The position numbers were made by a program, and so were the translations under genes. Below are positions 54,000 to 64,000 of a DNA stretch of 64,000 nt, piece after piece. The notes beneath the pieces are model-generated. The model did no database searches. It saw only the letters and a list, made by a program, of their open reading frames with translations, and had not been told where the DNA came from. Position 1 is the first letter of the stretch. The number at the start of each line of letters is the position of its first letter. The stretch comes from Paraspadella gotoi (taxonomy: Eukaryota; Animalia; Chaetognatha): NCBI GenBank assembly GCA_051294375.1, contig CM119264.1, forward strand, positions 30,467,047-30,531,046, in the 5' to 3' direction.

Positions 54000-56194
54000 C
54001 TAAATTTCATTAAATATGATAAAAACCGAGAATTTGAAAGTTTAGAATTTAATAAACACCGACACAAAGCAAATATCTGATATTATAGAAAAGAAAAAGA
54101 ATGGAAAAACAAACCACGGATTTTAAAATGAAATGCTTAAAAATACAAACACAGAAATGACAAAAATTATTTATCAACTTACTTTCAACAATCTGGGAAG
54201 AAGAAAAAATACCTCAAAGCTGGAATGAAGGCATTATTACCAGCGTATGGAAGGTAAGGGCGATAAAGAAAACTTGATAAACCACCCGTCCAATTACAGT
54301 TTCATCATCCATCAGTAACAATTCTAGAAGAATTTCTTGATCAAAAAATACAAACAAATTGTCCCATTTACCCAAGCACAAGGTGGAGGAACAAAAGGAT
54401 GCCTCAACTTACGATCATGTTTTTATTATCAGATCCTTAATTTCAATATTCAGAAACAAAAGAGAAATATGTTCTTAACTTTCTATTGACGTGACAAAAG
54501 CATTTGATCATGCCGACACTGAAGACATGTTAGTAATATGTGGGAAAAAGGTTTAAGAGGAAAATATGGCGAATTCTGAAATTACTAAATGAAAATCTTT
54601 GTGCCAGAATAAAAAACACGGTACGGCTAACACGTCAATAAAAATGGAAATTGGAGGAAAACAGGGCTCTCGCCTTACAGGTAGATTATTTTCCAAGCAG
54701 GATGGATACAATTGCAGTAAGAAATGATGTGATGCTTCTGAATCCATTAAAGTCCACAACAAATTTGCAAATTGGGGCTCTACTCTGGGTTGACGATGTT
54801 GTCACTTGTGTAGAAGGCGTCAAAAACCAAGAAAAAGTTCTTGAAAAATTAGACGATTGGGCTGCTAGACACAAACTAGAATGGGGTCAAAGCAAGACAA
54901 TGGTAATGCCAAATTGGGAAAATAGTGGACAAACGAGAAAAATGGAAACTTGGAAATATAAAAATTGAAAATTGCACTTCATATAAGTACCTAGAGATAT
55001 TATAAGTAAAGATGGTAAAAATACGAAAACTTAGAAAACCGAAAGAAAAAATTACAATATGAACAATCGGAAAATTAACACAATGTCCTCAAATGAAACA
55101 AATAGAGACATCTGTTCTTATCGAACTTCCATAAAAGATTAATGTTACTGGTTTGCTTACAAACTCTGAAACATGGACACTGAACAAAAAAGAACAAGAA
55201 GAATCTAGAAACAAATAGAAATAACAAGCAATCAAACAATTATTTTCACTCCCACTTTTCAATACAACACCAGCGATTAATTTACAGCTCGGTCTTTTGT
55301 ACACAACTTGCCGAGTTCATCCAAACACAATTGCTTTATCTCCATAAAATCTAAACCAAAATCAAACACATTGGACCTTTACAACTTTTTAATCTGTAGA
55401 TGAAATGAACATTGGATGGACCAAAAATATAAAGAAAAACTAGTTAAATATAAATTACCACTGCATTTCAACTCAATTAAAAATAAATCAAAAAATCAAT
55501 GGAAAAAATCGAAGTCAAAAAAGAGATTAGAAAAAATTTAATAAACAAAAATTACTAGACGACGCGCCATTAAAATAGAAAATGGAGAAAAAAATAATAA
55601 AGTCTAAAAACTAAATCAATCATAGTAACCTCAACAAATGGAACTACAAAAGAGAACCATGCAAGGAACTACTAAATATGCACAAAACAAAACACCAGAT
55701 CTCTCTTTTGATAGCGAGATACGCTATGCTAGAGTGTGGAAAAAACTTCAAAGGATCTTTTAAAAGAAATCTGTGAACAATGTAACACTTTCGATGATGA
55801 AGAACACCGTCTAAATTATTGCGTTAAATGGAAAAAACATAAACTTTCTTAGAAGACGACAATAAATCGTAATTCAGAGAAATTTTTCTAAAGATACTTC
55901 AAACTAATTTGAAATATAATTTGGTAACATTGAAAATGCTATGGAATTGTAAAAAATGAAAAGGTTCCATCATAAACTTAGATTGATCTGTTATATTAAA
56001 ATTTTTTCTTTTTAATTTACCATTTCCTCGTTTATTTTATTTAATGAATTTTTAACTTGTATATTTTATATTTTATTACATACATTGGATATGTACATTA
56101 TTCCTATGTACGGCCTCTTTACGATCCTTGTGATTGTAAATGTGTTTTATTAACATTATGAAGCGAATAAATCAAATCAATTCAGAATCAAATC
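53996..56194 (+). mobile_element. 5'-truncated non-LTR retrotransposon (LINE; CR1/L2-group-like) with frameshifted reverse transcriptase ORF
   Basis: Frame-corrected RT motifs: [65 protein letters not shown] (54786-54797), HKLEWGQSKT; C-terminal C..C....DEEH...YC; 3' AATAAA (56166) followed by an (AAATC)-type tail. Confidence 0.92.
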
Positions 56195-56684
56195 TCTCTC
56201 TCTCTCTCTCTCCCCTCCCCCCCACGACCACGCCTGGCGAAGTGCTTGCGTAGAGAGAGTAGAGAGGCGGCCAAAATCACGCGTCCTTCGGTTCCATGCG
56301 ACGACGCCTGCCGGCGACGCCGGACCGGAAGTCGTCAAAGATGCGCGACGCTGACGACGATGTGGCGACGTTGTCCGTCTTTTCGGCGTCATTTCCTTGT
56401 CGGACGTCAAATGTTTCATTTTGTCGTCGGCATAATTATCGATAGGAAGATTTTGATAAGTTTAATGAATTAAAACAGAAAACAGAAAAAAAAATCAGAT
56501 AAAGTCAGATTAAGATAAAAAACATAAAAGTTAGAAAACGAAGATTAAAAAGACAAAACAAACAAACAAAAAAAAAAAAAAAAAACAAAACAAAATAAAA
56601 CAAACAAATTTTTGCTCTAGAAATATTCACGTCTGCCGTTGGTGGTCTCTCTCTCACTCATGGAAAAAAAACACTTCAGCTCCT

Positions 56685-56726
<42 letters not shown>

Positions 56727-57662
56727 TCTCTCTCTCTCTCTCTTCTCTCTCACAAACAAGAAGACCACAACAGCGTCATCGCGCGCAAACGTCAAACGCT
56801 TTGACCGCACGCGCCTCCGATCGCCGTCAGCTTTCGCCCGGCGGCTTCGTCTTTTAGCGCCGTGACAACTCGCGTGTGACATCACCCCTTGACATGGAAC
56901 GCGCGTGACAATTTGACGCCGTGTGACAATGACGGCGAGACAATGACGCCTGTGACAATTGCGCCCTCTGATTCCCGGGTGCCATTTGGAAGCTCCGGCC
57001 GTTTATTGTTTATTATTTATTTCCTGCGTTTATTTATTTATATTTAGTCTTATATGCAAAATGAGATTATGAACTTCAATCTCATAATTCTAATTGAAAA
57101 TTTCTAAGAATCTATCTCTTCACATTTATTCGCCTTCATTTTTGTCATCATCCATTTGTTTTACTGGCTCTTGTTGTGTTTTTGTTTTTGTTTTTTACGC
57201 GTTTATTGTTATCTTAATATTTATTCCGTTTAGCATTAAAGGCTTATTGGTTTTATATAATAATTATTTTTTTAAGGAATATTGTTTATCGTTTATTGTT
57301 CAATGTTAATATTTATTATTTAATGTTTATTTCGCTTCTTTTTCTATTTTCATTTTTTTTGTTTGTTTTTTTCGTCTGTTCATATTTTCTCGGTGTCTCA
57401 GATTCTGTCAGCTTCTTCAATTTTTTTTGGTGGATCTTTCCATTAACAGTTTGTCGCCTGGGAATTGTTTTCTCCTTTGTTTTTGTTGTGTCGTCTGTCG
57501 TCATCGTCGTCGTCATCGTCGTCCGTTGCGTCGTCGTCCGTCGATCGTCGTCGTCGTCGCGTTTGCTATCGATCTTCGCATTTAACTTCGCTCCTGTGTA
57601 CGCGGATTCACAGACCCTGCAAAAATCACAGATTCACGGCAACTTGAATTGCCTCTCTCTCT

Positions 57663-57702
<40 letters not shown>

Positions 57703-59760
57703 CTCTCTCTCTGTGATCGACAACGGACGAGGACTCGTTTAACTTTTTTCTTTCGTTTTTTCGATAAAATAAAAACGAATTAAAAAAGAAAGAGAAAAAT
57801 ACTTTTTTTTTCTCTTTTTTATTCTTTCCCTTTCTTAACTCAATTTTTTTCTTATAATTATAATTTTTTTTCACTTCCTTCTCCTCTTCCCAAACTATCT
57901 AAACGCAGCTTCTCTCTATTTTCCACTCTCTCTCTCTTTTTCTCTTTTTCTTCTTTCTTCTTCTATCCTTCTTTTTTCTTAGCTCTTTTCTTCAACGACC
58001 CCGAACTTTTCTGCTCTCGCCCTTCTACTTCTCTGCCTTCTCCAGAAAAAGTGTTGCCAATAATGAACCAAGATGAGCAGAGAGATGAGATGAGACGAGA
58101 TGAGAAGCAAGAAAGGAGAGGCAGAGAGAGATGAGAAAGAGAGAAAGAGCAGAGTCAGTGAGAGCGACCGAGGTGAGAGAGGAAAGATGAGAGGCAGAGA
58201 GAAACAGAGCGAGCAGAGAGAGAACTTAGGAGAGAGATGAGAGAGCAGAGAATAATGGTTTGATAAAAATGCGTCTCATTTCTTTCTCTCCTCGGTAGAG
58301 AGATTTTCCGCCTCTGTTTTCCTCTTTCCGCCATCACCACCTTGCAATCAGCAATGTCATTGCAAACCAGATCTACTACCACCTGACTTTTCACCTGAAT
58401 TTACCACCTCACCTTTGCCACCTGACCTTTCCATCTGAAATTGTCCACCTCACCTTTCCACCTGACATCTTTCCACTCTGAATTTTTCACCTTACCTTTC
58501 CACCTTACCACCATCCGCTTTCTCTTTGCAAATCGACCCCATTGTCAACCTTATACCGATCAACTTTCTAAATCTATTTGATCACTGACTTACAAACATC
58601 TTTTACGCAATTTCCACTCCATCACAACTGCGTCTTCCCTCCCTGCTCCGCCGCACTGGAGAAAAGCTTGATATAGAGAAAACCTCCAGGTTAAACTCTC
58701 GCTCTTCTCCGACCCCGCCGCCGCTCGCCGCCTCCGCCGCCGCCACCGCGCCGCCGCCGCCACCGCCTCCCTCAAAACTAACTCTCTCCCTTTTGTTCTA
58801 TTTTTCTCTTTGTCATTTTTTGGCTTCGAAATCATTTTTTTCTTCGTGATTTTTCATTCGCATCTTCCATTTTCCTCTTCAGAAACATTCATTGCGGTGT
58901 ATGATGCACGACGACGATGAAGACGACGACGAGCGATTGAAGACGAGACGATGTAGAAGAAACCCAATGAGTTGGATGAATTTTCATGTGAGAATTGAAA
59001 TAGTAAAAACTTTATTAAAATCCGGGAAATAACAAAAAAATCTTATTCGCATTGGATCACTGATGTCGTGTCGAAATAACAGTCCACTGTAAGACTTTTT
59101 AAAATGTCATGTAAATATTTGACTGACAAGAAAAAAAATGTTCATACATATTGAAACTAGCATTTTCGATGCACTATATTCATTGATACTGATATTGACA
59201 TAAGCACTACTGTCAATTACGTTTTCCACTCCCTCGCATCTTAACATTCATTACATTCAAGCTTTGGTAGGTTATTCAGCAAGTTCTCAGGTCTTTAGGA
59301 ACTCATGCGCCAGTTTACAGTAGCTCGTCGGAAAAATCATGACTTTGCTCAATCATCGGACCGTAAAACCGAGCTCTAGTCTGTATCGATACAAAGTATC
59401 CATTTCGTTCCCTATCTCTCTCCGGCATGGATGCATGTATATCTATCTAACCCTGTATAGATGCAGTGGCGAACCTACTCTACGAACTATATCCAGTCGG
59501 GCTAAGCACCTGCTGCCTACTATGAAGTTGCTATATATCTTATAGTTTATTATTCTATATATTGAAATTGATTTCGCACTGCGTCTCCTACTCCACGAGT
59601 TAACTCGATCAACTATATCTCCTTCGTGCTCTGATTTGATTCAAGGAACATGATACTATATCGGTACTAATAAGTTCTCTCGTCCATTCTCTGTAAATAT
59701 ATGTTTAATGTATATATCCTTAATCTCTCTCTTGTNNNNNNNNNNNNNNNNNNNNNNNNN

Positions 59761-62700
59761 TCCTTCCAACTGTGAGAAAAAAAAAGAAAAAAAGGAAATC
59801 GAAAACAAGTGAACAATTTGAGGTTCGAAGGTCAAAACTGACTGAAGATGACCACGAGCACCGACTAAAAAGGAAAATGAAGGCGAATTTTTGACCGAGA
59901 GAGAGAAGAGAGAGAGGAGAGAGAGGAGAGAAGAGAGGAAGAGAGAGAGGGAGACGAGAGAGAGGGAGAGAGGGGAGAGAGGGAGAGGGGGAGAGAGAGC
60001 AGGGATGCATTATTAAAACGCATCATTCCTGACTAAGACCAACCTTGCAGTAGAGACTCATGCTAAAGTAAGACCCAACTCGTCATTGGGTTTCAGACCC
60101 ACTATATCTAGAATGCGGCGACCCCACCCTCTCATGGGTGATGCAGACCTTACCTTGTCGTGTGGGTGCAGACCGGTTGCGGACCGACGTCTTGCTTTCT
60201 GTTCTTTTGACGATTTGAAAGAAACGACGGACACTTTTTCCCCGCCAAAAATCGGCGACTGAAAGATGGTTTTGGCGTTGAAGCTGGAAGAGAAAGAAGG
60301 GGGACCTTGGTTTAAAGATCGAGCAAATGGGAATTGTGTTACGGGGTTGGAGGGGCAGTTGGATAATTATTCCCTGAGGATTTATCCTAATTATTTTCGG
60401 GGTAATTATTATTTTTTATGTAATTAAAACAATTATGTGTTAATTATCGAAATTTAAGTCACCTTTAAACTTCATCATCTACATCTCTCAATTACAAAGT
60501 AAATAATATTATTAAACAATAAATAAATAAATAAACCTAAATAATAAAAAAAAGCTCCTTAAACTGGTTACATATACATTTATATACATTCATTTCAAGA
60601 TCATTATCTTAAATATTTTATCGCCTAAAACCTCCTTAAATCGATTCTTATCTTCTTCAAATGATTTAACTCCCAAACTTATTCAATCAACAGAAAATAT
60701 ATTTTTTTCTTGCTTTACTTTCCAATTATAGATCGCTCCATTTATAATTTGTCACGCGGAATTCTCCCGCCCAAAACAAAAGGTGTCTGCCACGCCCACC
60801 CGCCCCCTTTTCGCGCGAAAGTGTTGGCGTCTTTCCTCGCGTCTGTTTTTCGTCTCCAGGCGAAACAGATTTTCGATGTTCGTTTTGCCTTGTTTTTTGT
60901 TTTCTTCGCATCGGAATCTTGGACCCGTCGAAAGAAGAGAAAAATCGTTAATCAAGAATACAAATAAATCTGTCCTTTGTGTTGCGGGTCTATCTGTCTT
61001 GTCTGTCTTTTTTCTTTCTTTCTCTTTCTTTCTTTTTCTTCTTTTCTTTCTTTCTCTTTCTTTCTCCTTCTTTCTTCTCTTTCTTTCTTTTATTTCATCC
61101 CCTTGACGTTCTTTGTTTGCCTCAAATTTTTTTTTCCCTTTTTTTGCCTCTTCCCCACCCTCTCTCTCTCTCTTCTCTGTTTTCTCTCTCTCTCTCTCTC
61201 CCAGCCCATTTCCATACTAACTCCCATTAACCTTATCACTCCATTTTCTATTTTCCTCTCGAGTTTCAGCCTCTCCTTTCTTATTTTCTCCTTCTTAGTC
61301 TTTCCCTTCTGATTTTCCTAGATCTCTCATTCCTTTCTACTTTTCTCCCTCTTTTTCTTCCACCTTCCAATTTCTAACATTTCTTAATTTCTATTTTCCA
61401 CTAATGATTTTTTTTTTTGGATAGAGGGAGGGGGTCCTAAATCCAGACCAATCTGGAAGGTGGTTGCCACAAAGTAGGACAACCCAAAACTCATTCGGTT
61501 CTCAGAAATGGGCCATTTTGGATGACTTTAGCCAATGAAAAGAAGTTAAGCCAATAAGAATGAAGGGAATTAGAGAATTGGCCATTCCCTTGGCGAATTT
61601 AAGCCAAGGCCGTAAAAAAAAAAAAAAACAAGCCGATGCGACCGTACTGAGGAATGAGGATATTCCGGGTACGTTTCTGATGGACATGGCATGAAGGGCA
61701 AAGGTCGCATGTTCTTTCGGTGATCTCCATTTTGCCCAACGACGAGCGACACGACCGACGACGACGGACGACGACGACAACGAAACTTTCTCTTTCTCCT
61801 CCTCGTTTCTTTTCATCCCAGAGATGTATATACCCGCGGAAGAGCGGCGAAGGCAGAAAAACCGGCGTCGGTGCCCGGACACGGCCTCTCTCGCCCCCTA
61901 CCATTCCCCACCTCCGCCTGATTCGCGATGGTCAGGACGAGCAGACGCCTGGAAGAAGGCCGCTGGCCGCCGCACCGCGGACCGCCGCGGACCGCCGCGG
62001 ACCGCCGCGGACCGCCGCGGGACCGCCGCGGACCGCCGCGGACGCCGCGACCGCCGGCCGGAACCGCCGCAGACCGCCCGCCTCGTTTTCTTGTTCTTTT
62101 TTTGTTTTCTGTCAGATGTGGACAATTCGCGGGAATTTGCATTAATCTGGTTGGCGTCGGTATGCGTGAGAAATGGTTCATCCGAGATTGGACGGCGTGG
62201 CGTTTGTGGGGATTTTGGAAGAAAGTGATTGGGGAGGGGTGGAGATGGTAGGTAAGGATAGAGGAGGGGATTGCGATAGGGAAGGGATTGATAGGTGAGG
62301 GGATTGGATAGGGAGGGAGATGGGTAGGTAAGGCAGAGTGGGAGGGTAGAGATGTCGGGATGACTGCCGGGGATCTGAAATGTGCCTTCCCGTTGACTAC
62401 TCCTTTACATAGAATTGAAAACAACAGGACTTTGCATCAGGTTAGAACATGGTAGGCCTTTGCCGGATGGACAGGCGGAGAAAGGGGAACATGGAAAAAA
62501 CATAGCACTGAGAGAATCGAAAGGAAGACGGCAGAAACCAGACGCTGACGGAGGTAGGTGGCGTGGCTGGCCGCTTCCATCTTTCTTCTTTTTCCGTTTC
62601 TTCTTGTTCTTTCTTTTTCTTTTTGAGATAAAAAAAAGAAAGAATGTGGAAGAATCACCATCGCAGCCGATTCCAAAACTGTGAAGAGACTTTTCACGTT

Positions 62701-64000
62701 GAAAAACCTGACCAATGTGAGGAAAGTGACGATTGCGACTAATGAGAAATTTGACCCGCAAACAAAATTGTGAGGAAGAAAACTTTGTTCAAATCTGTCA
62801 GCCCCGTCTTTTCTCAATTTTTATTCATTAGTTTACAAATAAAACATTATTCGTTTAATTTACATTCCGCGGTATATATCGTTTATTATTCATATTCTTA
62901 TTTCTCATTCAAAAGAGTACATAGATTTCATTGAAGATCCGCTGGAAGTCAAGTGCTGACCTCACCAACCCAGAAACTAACTGTGTTGAGGTAGGTTGGA
63001 ATTTCTACGGTTGCCAGGGGTTTCTTCCTCGGCGTCTCGCTACGGTGCCGAGTGACCGCATCGGTACTTTCTAGTTTTCCGTCGGCGCATGAAGAAGGAG
63101 CGAATAAAGTTTACGACCAATAAAAGCATTTCGTCGTTTGTGTATAAAAAGCCTAACGAGGTGATTAAAAACATTGCGGCGTGAGTGTCAACCCAGCGAG
63201 AGACAGAAAAATGGAATGGAAGAAAAAGGCGGATTTAGTAGAGAGAGAGAGGAGAGAGAGACGGAGAGAGAAGAGAGAAGACGAGATGAGAGAGAGGAGA
63301 GAGAGAAGAGAGAGAGAGAGAGACGAGAGAGAGAGAGAGAAGAACGAAAACTTAATGCCACGACAATGCACGTCGAAAAGCCACGGCAAATGTTACGGCG
63401 ACTGCCACGGCAAATTCATTGTTGTTGTCACGGCTAATGTCACAGGCGAAATGTCACGTTTCGCGCCTTTTCGAAAAGGAAAAAAAAATGCCACGTCTGA
63501 TCTTTCGCCCTTTCTGATTGGTTGTTATGACGGGAAATTGCCATCTCCGGGTTCGCGGACGTGGGGGAGGGGGAGAAACTGACCACTAAACCATTACCAC
63601 ACCCCACCCCTTTTATGTGGTCACCCGTAGCCCCCGTGTTCCGCTTTTCGTTATGGAAGCTTTATTAAAGGATAAGCTCGGAATCTTGACAAAGAAGCCG
63701 AAGGAGCAATAAGGCCAGAATCCAGGGATTGTATATAACGCTCATGGAAAAAAAATTAAGGCCAAATCAGGATGTATATAACGCTCATGGGAAAAAAAAA
63801 TATTATGACGAGATAATGAGGAAAAAATCGGTTGGGCAACGCGTGGGATTAGATTTTGACCGTTTTTCGGGGATTGGCTCGCGGCGGAGAAATGTATAAG
63901 TCGTATTAATAAATACACTAATATTATAAAACTAATGAAGATTTATTGTTTACAGCGAGGCGACTTACAGATGAATCTTTAGAAATAGTGATTTATTTTC
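59761..64000. repeat. Duplicated segment, copy D (indel-rich), runs off window end
   Basis: Begins immediately after the 25-N gap 59736-59760; frequent 1-2 bp insertions relative to copy C. Confidence 0.95.
61972..62078. repeat. GC-rich 10-bp tandem repeat (ACCGCCGCGG)n
   Basis: About 10 units; shorter degenerate version at 48690-48765. Confidence 0.85.

Noticed and set aside
59200-59735. Complex-looking unique sequence with a 68-aa ORF
   Set aside because: No recognisable motif; adjoins a 25-N gap and resembles a low-quality read end, as does 9040-9520.

Overview
Repeat-rich eukaryotic (probably invertebrate metazoan) draft-assembly window. It has AT-rich spacers, abundant (GA/TC)n, (GAC)n and (GTCC/GTCG)n microsatellites and 14 N-gaps. 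Nearly all ORFs in the supplied track are microsatellite or gap artefacts. The only recognisable host gene is a spliced, indel-riddled internal fragment (about 12 exons, + strand, ~3.8-9.0 kb) of an axonemal outer-arm beta-type dynein heavy chain (DNAH9/11/17 family; AAA4, stalk/MTBD, AAA5). Two large near-identical duplications (1-16.3 kb vs 17.4-26.7 kb; 46.5-50.7 kb vs 59.8-64 kb) differ mainly by single-base indels and abut exactly 25-N gaps. They look like uncorrected long-read gap fills or haplotypes rather than true paralogy. Mobile DNA comprises a 5'-truncated non-LTR retrotransposon in a (TC)n tract, a ~250-bp MITE-like family with telomere-like internal hexamers, and two related families of DINE-1/HINE-like (non-autonomous Helentron-like) elements. 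One 2.87-kb element is present in one duplicate copy and cleanly absent from the other. I found no convincing wholly new biological system; the HINE-like pair with a filled/empty site is the most interesting real signal. All alignments and translations were done by eye, so coordinates are approximate.
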